Positions 1 to 10,186 of a stretch of DNA of 64,000 bases are shown one piece after another; positions within the stretch are counted from its first letter, which is position 1, and each line of letters starts with the position of its first letter. A program made the position numbers and the translations under genes. This DNA is from a bacterium (lineage in GTDB: Bacteria; Zhuqueibacterota; Zhuqueibacteria; Residuimicrobiales; Krinioviventaceae). The notes under the pieces are model-generated. The model saw only the letters and a list, made by a program, of their open reading frames with translations, made no database searches and had not been told where the DNA came from. Where the stretch lies: the NCBI GenBank assembly GCA_963675755.2, contig CAXXMD010000002.1, positions 448,001-512,000 on the forward strand, written 5' to 3'.

Positions 1-2
1 TT

Positions 3-1490
3 TTAGGATGGGTAATGGTACCCTTTTATATGCGTTCTCAGGTTTTTACCATGCCTGAATTTCTTGAACGCCGTTTTTCACCTGCTGCACGTACTGTATT
101 GTCCGTCATTTCTCTTGTAGCTTATGTATTAACCAAAATTGCCGTTGGTATTTTTGCCGGTGGTATTGTGTTTAGTGTTTTAATGCCAGACATTAACTTT
201 TTAGGTTTGAATAGTTTTTGGATTGGTTCTATTCTTGTTATTTTATTTACCGGTGTTTATACTGTGTTGGGTGGTATGCGTGCTGTAGCTTATACCGAAG
301 CTCTCCAAACAGTTGTTTTGATTTTTGGTTCTATTCTGGTAACTATATTTGGTTTAAAAGCTCTTGGTGGTTGGGGCGAGCTGCGAGCAATTGCAGGTTC
401 TGAAATGTTTAACCTTTGGAAACCTATGGTTCCGGCTGGTATTGAAAGTACCTGGGCACCTGTTAAAGAAGCCGGTCGTATGGCTTGGTACTTTAATGAT
501 AACTATCCCTGGTTGGGTATGCTACTTTGTGCTCCTATCATTGGGTTGTGGTACTGGACCACGGATCAGTATATTGTGCAACGCGCATTGGGTGCACCCA
601 ATGAAAAAGAAGCTCGTCGCGGTACCATTGCTGCATCTTTTTTGAAACTGTTGCCTGTTTTTATTTTTATTATTCCTGGAATGATTGCTTTTGCATTGGC
701 AAAATCAGGACAGGTTGCTCCCATAGCTACTGAATTGTTTGACGCAAATGGAGAATTGATACGAGATAACGCTCAAAAAGCTTTTCCACTGTTGGTAGCT
801 CATGTTCTGCCAATTGGTGTTCGAGGAATTGTGGTTGCAGGATTGCTGGCAGCGTTAATGAGTTCTTTGGCTGGTGTGTTCAATGCATCATCTACGTTGT
901 TTACCATTGACTTTTATTCAAGACTTCGTCCCCAGGCTTCTGAAAAGCAACTGGTTTGGACCGGTAGAATGGCAACTGTAGTTATGGTTGTAATTGGTTT
1001 ACTATGGATCCCGGTGATCCAGGGTGGTAGAGGTTTGTATGATTATTTACAGGGAGTTCAGGCATATCTTGCACCACCTATTTTCGTTGTTTTCTTTTTA
1101 GGAGTATTCTGGAAACGTTTAAATGCTAAAGGATGTCTGGCTGCTTTGATTACGGGTTTCTCTTTGGGCATTATTCGTCTTGCAATTGACACCCCTGTAA
1201 AATTGGGTGAAAATTTTACATATCCACAGGGTTCTTTTTTATGGGTAATTAATAATATTTTCTTTCAATATTATAGTTTGTTAATATTTATTGTTAGTAT
1301 TGTTGTAATGATTGCGGTTAGTTTTATGACAAAAGAACCGGATTATGCACAAATTAGCGGTTTGACTTTTGGTACAACAACAGATGAACATCGTAAAGAA
1401 TCTCGTTCAAGCTGGACTTCGCTGGATGTTGTATTCTCTGGATTACTTGTTGTGTTAATCCTGGTAGCATATATGTATTTTAAAGGTTAA
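3..1490 (+). CDS. Sodium:solute symporter (SSS/SLC5), probable sugar (arabinose?) transporter; 5' end truncated by window edge
   Basis: TMPEFLERRF, DQYIVQRALGA and LAALMSSL SSS motifs; frame open from position 3; directly upstream of ribulokinase. Confidence 0.9.
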   Translation, partial: LGWVMVPFYMRSQVFTMPEFLERRFSPAARTVLSVISLVAYVLTKIAVGIFAGGIVFSVLMPDINFLGLNSFWIGSILVILFTGVYTVLGGMRAVAYTEALQTVVLIFGSILVTIFGLKALGGWGELRAIAGSEMFNLWKPMVPAGIESTWAPVKEAGRMAWYFNDNYPWLGMLLCAPIIGLWYWTTDQYIVQRALGAPNEKEARRGTIAASFLKLLPVFIFIIPGMIAFALAKSGQVAPIATELFDANGELIRDNAQKAFPLLVAHVLPIGVRGIVVAGLLAALMSSLAGVFNASSTLFTIDFYSRLRPQASEKQLVWTGRMATVVMVVIGLLWIPVIQGGRGLYDYLQGVQAYLAPPIFVVFFLGVFWKRLNAKGCLAALITGFSLGIIRLAIDTPVKLGENFTYPQGSFLWVINNIFFQYYSLLIFIVSIVVMIAVSFMTKEPDYAQISGLTFGTTTDEHRKESRSSWTSLDVVFSGLLVVLILVAYMYFKG

Positions 1491-1511
1491 TTAAGGATAT
1501 TGAGGATAACT

Positions 1512-3197
1512 ATGAATAAATATGCAATAGGGTTGGATTACGGTACAAATTCTTGTCGTTCTTTGATTGTTGATATATCTAATGGTAAAGAACTGGCGAG
1601 CCATGTTTTTAATTATCCTACAGGTGAGGCCGGTATTATTGTAGATCCTGCCGATCCCAATCTGGCACGTCAAAATCCTGCTGATTATATTCAAGGCATT
1701 GAGGTTTGTGTTAAAAATGCTATCGATAAAGCTGGAAAAGTAGATTCTGAATTTTCTGCAGATAAAATTGTCGGTATTGGAGTTGATACAACAGGAAGCA
1801 GTCCAATGCCTGTCGATAGTGACGGACAACCGTTATGTTTCAAGCCTGAATTTAAAGATAATCCCGCAGCAATGGTATGGTTATGGAAAGATCATACCAG
1901 CTATAAAGAAGCACAAGCTATTACAGAGCAGGCCGCCAAAACAAGACCGCAATACCTTGCCAAAATTGGAGGAGTTTACTCTTCAGAATGGTTTTGGAGC
2001 AAAGCCTGGAATTGTCTCAAAACATCTCCTGATGTTTTTAAAGCAGCTTATGGTTTTGTTGAAGTATGTGATTGGATTCCTGCTGTTTTGGTAGGTGATG
2101 TAACACCACAGAATCTAAAACCCAGTGTTTGTGCTGCTGGTCATAAAGCCATGTACAGCCAGGATTGGGGTGGATTACCGGATAAAGAATTCCTCAGTAC
2201 ACTTGCACCTGAATTGGGCGAAATGCGAGAAAATCTCTATGATGTTGCGTATCCATCAGAACAGCTTGCAGGAACGCTTTCAGCTGAATGGGCTGCAAAA
2301 CTGGGTTTACCGGAAAACGTAGCCGTTGCAGTAGGCGCCTTTGACGCACATATGGGTGCCGTAGGTGCTGGTGTTAGTGAAGGTACTCTGGTTAAAATTC
2401 TGGGTACAAGTACCTGTGATATTATGGTTTGGCCAAATGATGAAAAAATGGCTGATATTCCAGGCGTTTGTGGAATTGTTGATGGTTCTGTTAAAGGTGG
2501 TTATTTTGGTATTGAAGCAGGACAGTCAGCAGTAGGTGATATCTTTCTTTGGTTTGTCAATAATCTTGTTCCTGAAAAATATGGCAAAACCATGGATGAA
2601 AAGTTTGAAAATCTTGAAAAAGCCGCTACTGCAATGAAACCTGGTGAATCCGGTTTGCTGGCACTTGACTGGAACAATGGTAATCGTACGGTTCTGGTTG
2701 ATGTTCGGTTATCAGGTTTATTGCTAGGTCAAACATTGCATACTGAAGCGCATGAAGTTTATCGCGCATTGATTGAAGCTACCGCTTTTGGTGCACTTGC
2801 CATCATTGATCGCATTGCGGAAAATGGTGTTGCAATTGAACAGGTTGTAAATTGTGGTGGATTGGCTATCAAGAATTCATTGTTAATGCAAATCTATGCC
2901 GATATTACCGGTCGTCCTATGAAGGTTTCGCGCAGCGAACAAACACCTGCACTGGGTGCTGCTATATTTGGTGCTGTTGCTGCTGGTATTTATGATAGTG
3001 TGGAATCAGCTCAAAAGGCAATGACTGGTGTTGATAAAGTATATGAACCCATCCCCGAAAATCAGGAAATCTATAAAAAGCTTTATGCTTTATACAAACA
3101 ACTTCATGATGAATTTGGAATACGAAATAATAATGGTAATCTTTATAATGTCATGAAAGATTTGTTGACAATAAGGGATGAGATAAGAAATAGCTAA
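1512..3197 (+). CDS. araB: L-ribulokinase (FGGY kinase)
   Basis: YAIGLDYGTNS, GVDTTGS, LWKDHT, YSSEWFWSK, AAGHKAM, LDWNNGNRT motifs; ATG at 1512 after GAGGA SD. Confidence 0.9.
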   Translation: MNKYAIGLDYGTNSCRSLIVDISNGKELASHVFNYPTGEAGIIVDPADPNLARQNPADYIQGIEVCVKNAIDKAGKVDSEFSADKIVGIGVDTTGSSPMPVDSDGQPLCFKPEFKDNPAAMVWLWKDHTSYKEAQAITEQAAKTRPQYLAKIGGVYSSEWFWSKAWNCLKTSPDVFKAAYGFVEVCDWIPAVLVGDVTPQNLKPSVCAAGHKAMYSQDWGGLPDKEFLSTLAPELGEMRENLYDVAYPSEQLAGTLSAEWAAKLGLPENVAVAVGAFDAHMGAVGAGVSEGTLVKILGTSTCDIMVWPNDEKMADIPGVCGIVDGSVKGGYFGIEAGQSAVGDIFLWFVNNLVPEKYGKTMDEKFENLEKAATAMKPGESGLLALDWNNGNRTVLVDVRLSGLLLGQTLHTEAHEVYRALIEATAFGALAIIDRIAENGVAIEQVVNCGGLAIKNSLLMQIYADITGRPMKVSRSEQTPALGAAIFGAVAAGIYDSVESAQKAMTGVDKVYEPIPENQEIYKKLYALYKQLHDEFGIRNNNGNLYNVMKDLLTIRDEIRNS

Positions 3198-3202
3198 AAT
3201 TC

Positions 3203-3234
3203 AAGCCCTGTCGAAATTTCGACGGGGCTTTTTT
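3203..3234 (+). terminator. Intrinsic terminator after araB
   Basis: AAGCCCTGTCGA-aatt-TCGACGGGGCTT hairpin followed by a T run. Confidence 0.85.
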
Positions 3235-3270
3235 GTATGATCCAAATATTTTGAATTACGGGAGATATAT

Positions 3271-5142
3271 ATGCGTAGCAAATTTGTTAATTCTATATTT
3301 TTATTAATCGCTGCATTGGTTTTCCAGATTTATGCACAAAGTGATTTCAATTTTCTGGTTTATCCATATTTGCAGTTTGCTACAGATAGCAGTATCACCG
3401 TAATGTGGGAAACCAATTCAAAATCTTCAACCCAATTGTACTTTTCCCAGGATACTCCGCTTGCTCATGAAATATCAATTCCAGGAATGTCAACCATGCA
3501 TGAGGTTGTAATTTCTGGCCTTGATCAGGCAACAAAATACTTTTACCAGGTTGAATCCGTTAATGCCAAAGGGGACACATTAAAAAGTGAATTGTTAACT
3601 TTTTCTTCAACAGTTGACAAAAATACCCCTGTTAGCTTTGCAATTGTGAGTGACACACAAACCAATCCTCCTGTGTGGGGCAAAATATCTGATCTGGTCT
3701 GGCGAGAACGTCCACAATTCGTGCTCCACGGTGGGGATATCGTTGGTACAGGTAGAAACAAAGATCAATGGGTAAATCATTTCTTTGCACCTGCCAAAGA
3801 TTTAATGTCAAGAATACCTATTTATACTGTCCTTGGTAATCATGATGGAGATGATGAAAACTATTACCGGTATATGCATAACCCCGAACCGGAATATTAT
3901 TATACATTTCATTATGGAAATGTTCAATTTTTCATGATTGATACCAATCATGATTATTACGAATCAAGTGATCAATATGTCAGACTGGAATGGGATCTTG
4001 CAAATTCAAAATCTTTTTGGAAAGTGGTTGTACACCATCATTCACCTTTTTCGTCAGATGAAAATGATTTTGGAGATTCTTATAACGAAAAAGCAGACAT
4101 GGGTGAAGTGGAATTGCTGCCCCTGGTCAAGCTTTATGAAAAGTATGGTGTTGATCTGGTCTTTTGTGGTCATATTCATGATTATGAACGAAGCTGGCCA
4201 ATCTATGAAAATACAATAGATCAGAAAAGGGGAGTGATCTATGTTCAAACTGGTGGAGCAGGTGGCGGTTTGGAAAATTATGCACCGACCCGGTCATGGT
4301 TCACTGCCAAGGTGCATCGTGATCATCATTTTTGTCTTGTCAATATTTTTGATGGAACTTTGAACTTTCAAGCAATTGATCAGGATTGGCATTTGTTTGA
4401 TCAATTATCATTAACCAAAAAGCAACCTCAAATAATAACATCCGAGCTGGCCCCACCGGCACCATTGCTTGAACCTAAAAAACAGGTTTTTCTTAAAAAG
4501 ACTACTGTTGAAATTAAAAGTGCCTTTAAAGATGCTAAAATATATTACACGCTTGATGGTCTAGAACCTAATGAAAACTCGCAATTGTATACACAGCCAT
4601 TAAATATTTCAAAAACACTAACTCTAAAAGCTTGTGTTGTCTATAATGATAAAAAAAGCCAGATTGTAGAAGGAAGATATGAAAAAGCCGTTTTTTCAAC
4701 TCCTGTAAAACGTAAATCTATTAGTAATGGATTGGAATACAAATATTATGAAGGTCAATGGCAATACCTTCCGGATTTTAAATCGCTTAACATAGTTAAT
4801 AGTGGAATTTCTGATGATCTGGATCTTGATAAAATAAAACAGCGTGATGACTATTGGGGCGTTGTATTCAATGGTTTTATTAGTATTCCCGCAAAAGGTA
4901 TTTATACCTTTGCAACCAATTCCGATGATGGTACTCGTTTATATATTGCTAATAAATTGGTAGTCGATAATGACGGTCCACACTCGCCAAGAAGCATATC
5001 AGGACAGATTGCTCTGGAAAAGGGGATTCATCCGTTCAAGCTTGAATATTTTGATGATTACGGTGGCGAAGTACTTGAAGTTTGGATTAGCGGCCCTGAT
5101 TTTGAAAAGCAATTACTGCCTCTGGATTTATTAGGTCATTAG
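3271..5142 (+). CDS. Secreted purple acid phosphatase-like metallophosphoesterase (FN3 + calcineurin-like + FN3-associated + PA14 domain)
   Basis: Signal peptide; SDTQ, GGDIV, GNHD, GHIHDYER metal motifs; IYYTLDG.EP; C-terminal SDDG.RLYI...DNDG.H PA14 signature. Confidence 0.85.
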   Translation: MRSKFVNSIFLLIAALVFQIYAQSDFNFLVYPYLQFATDSSITVMWETNSKSSTQLYFSQDTPLAHEISIPGMSTMHEVVISGLDQATKYFYQVESVNAKGDTLKSELLTFSSTVDKNTPVSFAIVSDTQTNPPVWGKISDLVWRERPQFVLHGGDIVGTGRNKDQWVNHFFAPAKDLMSRIPIYTVLGNHDGDDENYYRYMHNPEPEYYYTFHYGNVQFFMIDTNHDYYESSDQYVRLEWDLANSKSFWKVVVHHHSPFSSDENDFGDSYNEKADMGEVELLPLVKLYEKYGVDLVFCGHIHDYERSWPIYENTIDQKRGVIYVQTGGAGGGLENYAPTRSWFTAKVHRDHHFCLVNIFDGTLNFQAIDQDWHLFDQLSLTKKQPQIITSELAPPAPLLEPKKQVFLKKTTVEIKSAFKDAKIYYTLDGLEPNENSQLYTQPLNISKTLTLKACVVYNDKKSQIVEGRYEKAVFSTPVKRKSISNGLEYKYYEGQWQYLPDFKSLNIVNSGISDDLDLDKIKQRDDYWGVVFNGFISIPAKGIYTFATNSDDGTRLYIANKLVVDNDGPHSPRSISGQIALEKGIHPFKLEYFDDYGGEVLEVWISGPDFEKQLLPLDLLGH

Positions 5143-5154
5143 TTAGGATGCATT

Positions 5155-6447
5155 ATGCGTCGCATACTTGAAAAATGGCTTTTAAAAAGTAATCAGTTTA
5201 TATTTATTTGCTATGCAAGTTTTGCAGCGTTTTCGACGTATGCCTGCATGTATGCTTTTCGTAAACCTTTTAGTGTTGCTACTTTTGAAGGTTTACAATT
5301 TTTAAATATAGATTATAAAATTTGGCTCATTATTGCACAGGTACTTGGTTATACATTATCCAAATTCATTGGAATCAAAATTATCTCTGAACTCAAATCC
5401 GGTAAGAGGGCATTAATTATTCTGGGTTTTATTGGTTTTGCCGAGTTATCTTTGTATTTATTTTCAATTGTACCTATGCCTTTTAATATATTTTTCATGT
5501 TTTTAAATGGTCTCCCACTGGGAATGATATGGGGAATTGTTTTTTCTTATTTAGAAGGTCGTCAAGTTACCGAAGTACTTGGTTCGGCTCTGGGGGTGAG
5601 TTTTATCGTGTCCTCCGGTTTTGTGAAAAGCGTGGGCAAGATAGTTATGATAAAATGGGGATTTACTGAATTTCAAATGCCTTTTGTTACAGGTCTCTTG
5701 TTTTCAATACCTCTTTTGTTATTTGTATGGATGCTTGATCAAATACCACAACCTACAATTCATGATAAAGAAATGCGTACTGATCGTGTACCTATGCAGA
5801 TAAAAGATCGTCGATCTTATTTTGCTAAATTTGCAGTTGGCATTATCTTGTTAACGCTTAATTATATGTTTTTGACCTCTTTTCGTGATTTAAGAGATAA
5901 TTTTGTTGCTGAAATTTGGCAAGCTCTCGGCTATATCGATCAACCCATGATTTTTACATATACTGAAATTCCTATAACGATTGTTGTTTTAATCATTATG
6001 GCAAGTATTGTTTTAGTAAAAAACAATCAGCATGCCTTTCTTCTCAATCATTTAATTATATTATTGGGTGTTATATTAATAGGTGTAGGAACATTTCTTT
6101 ACCAATTGCATCTAATATCTCCTCCCATTTGGATGAGTTTGAATGGTTTGGGTCTCTATTTGGCCTATATACCTTTTAACTGTATTCTTTTTGAACGTTT
6201 TATTGCTGTTTTTAAAATTGCTGCAAATGCAGGATTTCTAATCTATATTGCAGATGCCTTTGGGTATCTGGCTAGTTTTGGTGTACTATTGTACAAAAAT
6301 TTCTCGAGCATAAATTATAGTTGGTACCAATTTTTTATTCGTTTTAGTTATTTTATATCCATTTCCGGCATATGCCTGACCCTTTTATGTTATTTTTATT
6401 TTTACTATAAATTCAAAAACATTTCAACTCTTACTATGGAATCTTGA
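5155..6447 (+). CDS. DUF5690-like MFS-type membrane protein
   Basis: YACMYAFRKPF, QVLGYTLSKFIGIK, FSYLEGR, FRDLRDNF recalled family motifs; about 11-12 hydrophobic segments. Confidence 0.7.
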   Translation: MRRILEKWLLKSNQFIFICYASFAAFSTYACMYAFRKPFSVATFEGLQFLNIDYKIWLIIAQVLGYTLSKFIGIKIISELKSGKRALIILGFIGFAELSLYLFSIVPMPFNIFFMFLNGLPLGMIWGIVFSYLEGRQVTEVLGSALGVSFIVSSGFVKSVGKIVMIKWGFTEFQMPFVTGLLFSIPLLLFVWMLDQIPQPTIHDKEMRTDRVPMQIKDRRSYFAKFAVGIILLTLNYMFLTSFRDLRDNFVAEIWQALGYIDQPMIFTYTEIPITIVVLIIMASIVLVKNNQHAFLLNHLIILLGVILIGVGTFLYQLHLISPPIWMSLNGLGLYLAYIPFNCILFERFIAVFKIAANAGFLIYIADAFGYLASFGVLLYKNFSSINYSWYQFFIRFSYFISISGICLTLLCYFYFYYKFKNISTLTMES

Positions 6448-6453
6448 TAAATA

Positions 6454-8186
6454 GTGAAAAAGTTTGCTCTGGGACTACATCATTTAAACATTGCCTATGT
6501 TGCCGGTGATTATAACTCTTATCATCGACAGGTAACAGAATCAGTTATTCCCTTGTTTGATCTACTTGATCGTCATCCATCCTGGCGTTTCAATATTGAG
6601 TTGAGTGGTTATTCTATTGAATTTATTGCAAATCATTATCCCGCAGTTATAAACCGTTTACATGCATTCATTGAATCAAAACAGATCCATCTCATTTCTA
6701 CCGAGTATGCTCCAAGAATTTGGTTTTTTTTTCCACGTAAAGATATGATTAAATCAATAGAGATGAATACTCAAATTTTACACAAATATGATTTAAAAAC
6801 CAGTCGCATTTTCTTTGCACAGGAAAATTTTTTCGGCCCAGGGGTTAGCTCTTTGTACAATTGGTTTGATTCTGCAATTGTTAAAGACGACTATTTTTAT
6901 CATCTCTATCCCAATTTGATCAATAATGATAAACAACCCCCATATTATCAATTTGGTAAAATGAAGTTGTTGGTTGGTTGGGGACATATACTTGAAGAAA
7001 TGGCTGGAAAAGTTTTTAAATCAAAAGATCAAATAAATTCTGGATATAAACACTGGCCTGAAAATAGATTGAATTTACTTGGAAAAGCATTAAACGGAAG
7101 ATTATTTGGACGCAAAGTCCCTTTTCAATCACAAACATTTAGTAACATTGAATGGACCTGGTATCATTTTGGATCGAGTGAACGTTTTCTAAATTTTGGA
7201 CAGATCCTTCAGATCCTGACCGATATATATTTGAACCGGAATGGATTTCTGTTGCTGAAAAGTGTTTGGAAGCTTTTGAAGAAAAAGGATTTGTTATTTC
7301 AACAATTGATGATTTTTTAAATGCTATTGATGAAACCGGATTTGTTCCCCCTGAATCACCACCCTTAATTGAGGGTTCCTGGAATATGGAAAAAAGCAGA
7401 GGGGGATACGTTTGGATGGGGTTAGATACCAGTGACTTTCACAATACCCTTAAAGTCCGTAATCAGAATTCAATCACCCGAAAACAAATTGTTAGATTGG
7501 AACAATATTCTGAAATTAAAAATAACAAAAGGCTCTTGAATTATCTATGGAAACTCCAACTCCTTTCCGAAACCAGCGACTCTACCGGCTGGCAACCCAA
7601 ACCCTGTGAGGTTGAATTCAGCCTTTTAAAATCCAAACGAATTCAACGTGTTTGTGATCTATTAATGAACCGGAAAAATGATAAATCTCAAACGTTCTCA
7701 TGGGCTGAAATTTTTAATGGTAGTCGAATTTCACAGGATGAACTCTATACCAAAAGTTTTGAAATTTATGGTGCCGCTTCAAAATCTGAATTTGTACTGG
7801 ATAATTCAGGAATTCAATTTATTAGAATAGAATTCTCTCCAAATAAGAATTTTGCCGGTGTGGGATTTAATTTAACAGAGAATAATGTACAATATTCACC
7901 AGCATTACTTGAACAATTAATCAATAAGATAAAACTTGATGCTTTGGCTCCTGAACAATTATGCCTGCCATTAACTAACGGATTCATCTCAATAAACACA
8001 AATCTACATATCATTAAAAATAACGATCTTTTTAATCTATGCTGTATTGTAGATAAAAAAGTGAATATGCTCAAGTTTGTAGTAGAGAAAGAAAATTTAG
8101 AATGTTTTGATTGTGAATTTCTTTTGTATAAAGGGAATATTTATAAAGCATTGGAACTGGCAAATAAATTAAACCGGGCTGTTTAG
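6454..8186 (+). pseudogene. GH57/carbohydrate-esterase-like (beta/alpha)7-barrel protein split by one frameshift near 7185 (ORFs 6454..7320 and 7266..8186)
   Basis: N-terminal H-x-N, 'LLDRHPSWRFNIELSG', 'FFAQE' and C-terminal 'SETSDSTGW' resemble GH57; adding one T in CGTTTTCT joins the frames. Confidence 0.55.
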
Positions 8187-8200
8187 AACAACCCGGTTTT
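8171..8200. terminator. Bidirectional terminator between convergent genes
   Basis: AAACCGGG(CTGTT)...(AACAA)CCCGGTTTT inverted repeat. Confidence 0.6.
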
Positions 8201-8205
8201 AAAAT

Positions 8206-8787
8206 CTATTTTAAATCTGCCAACTTGTTGATTACTTTGCCGGCAAGTCCGTATTCAATCGCTTCTTCAGCTGTCATCCAGTAATTACGGTCCGTATCTT
8301 CGGCGACACGTTCATAAGGTTGACCTGTTCTGTCAGCAAAAATCCGGTTCAAGCGTTCACGCATTTTAATAATTTCACGTGCTTCAATACTTATGTCAGA
8401 AGCCATGCCGCCAACACCACCACTGGGTTGGTGAAGCATAAAACGGGTATTTGGTAAACAGAAACGTTGTTCTTTTGGAGGCGCAGAATAAATCAACGCA
8501 CCAGCACTTGCAACCCAACCGGTACCGATAATGTCAACCATGGGTTCAACAAATCGGATCATATCGTGGATGGTATCACCAGCTTCAACGTGTCCGCCCT
8601 GTGAATTGATAAAGATTTTGATTTTTTCATCAGAGTCATTTGCCAATATCAGGATTTTTTCAGAAACTTCTTGTGCAACTTTTTGGTTAATTTCTCCAAA
8701 AAGCATAATTGTACGTGTATCCAAGAGTTTTCCGGAAATTACATTGTTGAACATATTTTCCGGTTTATTGTCTTTTTCTTTAGCCAT
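8206..8787 (-). CDS. clpP: ATP-dependent Clp protease proteolytic subunit
   Basis: INSQGG, GWVASAG (Ser), FMLHQPSGG (His), DTDRNYWMTAEEA.EYGL. Confidence 0.95.
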   Translation of the reverse strand: MAKEKDNKPENMFNNVISGKLLDTRTIMLFGEINQKVAQEVSEKILILANDSDEKIKIFINSQGGHVEAGDTIHDMIRFVEPMVDIIGTGWVASAGALIYSAPPKEQRFCLPNTRFMLHQPSGGVGGMASDISIEAREIIKMRERLNRIFADRTGQPYERVAEDTDRNYWMTAEEAIEYGLAGKVINKLADLK

Positions 8788-8875
8788 TCTAAACCTTTCG
8801 TCAAGTATACGTCATTTCCTCTACATACAAACTACAAAATTATTCAAATAATTTCAATAATTTATTCATTTCTTA

Positions 8876-10027
8876 TTATTGTTGCTTTTCGACAAAAAGA
8901 TCAAAAAACATGGGTATGCAATTATCTGCCAGGGGAGAAGCTGCATTCATCAAAACTACAATACCAATATTTCTGTAAAGATCCAATGCAATTTCTGCTC
9001 TAAAACCCTGCACATATCCACCATGATAAACCAACGTATGCTCATCAAACTCAAATACTCGCCATCCCAATCCGTACCAGGTTTGACCCAGATTTTCCCA
9101 TTTTCCAAAATATCTGGACGCTTTTTCTGTTGGAATATGGGCTTTCATTGTTTCCTTTCTTATATTGTCAGGAATTATTTGCGGGTATGCACCCAGCATG
9201 GCTTTTACCCAGATGATCATATCATCAATACTGGCATTAATTCCGGCAGCAGGAGGGATATTATAATATGATGGTTTAACTGTTGTGGGAATCCATATAC
9301 TATCTGCTTTAATATGAGGGAATGCATGATTGTGCTCTTGAAGATATGCATCCATTCCAATTGATGTATGTCTTAATTTTAAGGGTTTAAATATGTATGT
9401 ATTCAATAGTTTTTCAAAAGATTGGTTGGTGATTTCTGCAAGTATATCACCTGTTAAACTAAAGACTACATTTTGATAATTGTATTGTTCTCCTGGCATG
9501 CTAACAAGCGGAATAATCGCAAGATCCTGTATCAGTTGTTGATAAGATATATTGTTTTCCAATTTATCTGTACCCGCGTATGAAGGTAATCCTGAAGTCT
9601 GACTAAGCAGGTGTGATATTGTCAAATTTTCTGTTGCAGCAGGATCAGAGAGTTTCAAGTCCGGTAAAAAGTCAATAACTTTACTGTCCCAGTTTAGAAG
9701 ATTTTCTTCAACAAGCATCCCGGTCAGTGTTGATGTAAACCCTTTGGATAATGAAGCAAGTCTGAAAATAGTAGAATCGTTGACTGCAATTTGTGAATAT
9801 ATATTTCTTACACCAAACGTCTCTTTGTAAATTATTTTATGATCTTGTATAATTGCTGCCGCTGCACCAGGGATTTTATATCTTAAAAGTCCATCTGTTA
9901 ATAACGAATCATATTTGCTAATCTTGCTATAAATATTAAAAGGATTATCTGCACAAAATCCAAAACCATTAACGATCAATATAACAAGATTAATTTTAAG
10001 CAAGAGTGATTGATACTGTCTTTTCAT
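8876..10027 (-). CDS. Serine hydrolase, beta-lactamase/class C-like family, exported
   Basis: FRLASLSK (SxxK), YNYQN (YxN), HGG; start set at MKRQYQ ATG. Confidence 0.85.
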   Translation of the reverse strand: MKRQYQSLLLKINLVILIVNGFGFCADNPFNIYSKISKYDSLLTDGLLRYKIPGAAAAIIQDHKIIYKETFGVRNIYSQIAVNDSTIFRLASLSKGFTSTLTGMLVEENLLNWDSKVIDFLPDLKLSDPAATENLTISHLLSQTSGLPSYAGTDKLENNISYQQLIQDLAIIPLVSMPGEQYNYQNVVFSLTGDILAEITNQSFEKLLNTYIFKPLKLRHTSIGMDAYLQEHNHAFPHIKADSIWIPTTVKPSYYNIPPAAGINASIDDMIIWVKAMLGAYPQIIPDNIRKETMKAHIPTEKASRYFGKWENLGQTWYGLGWRVFEFDEHTLVYHGGYVQGFRAEIALDLYRNIGIVVLMNAASPLADNCIPMFFDLFVEKQQ

Positions 10028-10186
10028 AGTTTTCCCATTGTTTAAAAGGAATTTATAAAATATAATTATAAAATTCACCATGAATTTACACATTTTGCAA
10101 AGTTGAAATTACCGAAAAGTCCTTGTTTTTTTGTCTTTTTTTTATTAATTATATTTCTGCTATTAATATGTTTTGGAGTGTTTTGG

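Noticed and set aside
8876-10027. Antibiotic-resistance beta-lactamase
   Set aside because: SxxK/YxN/HGG motifs are shared by many esterases and peptidases; there is no mobile context.
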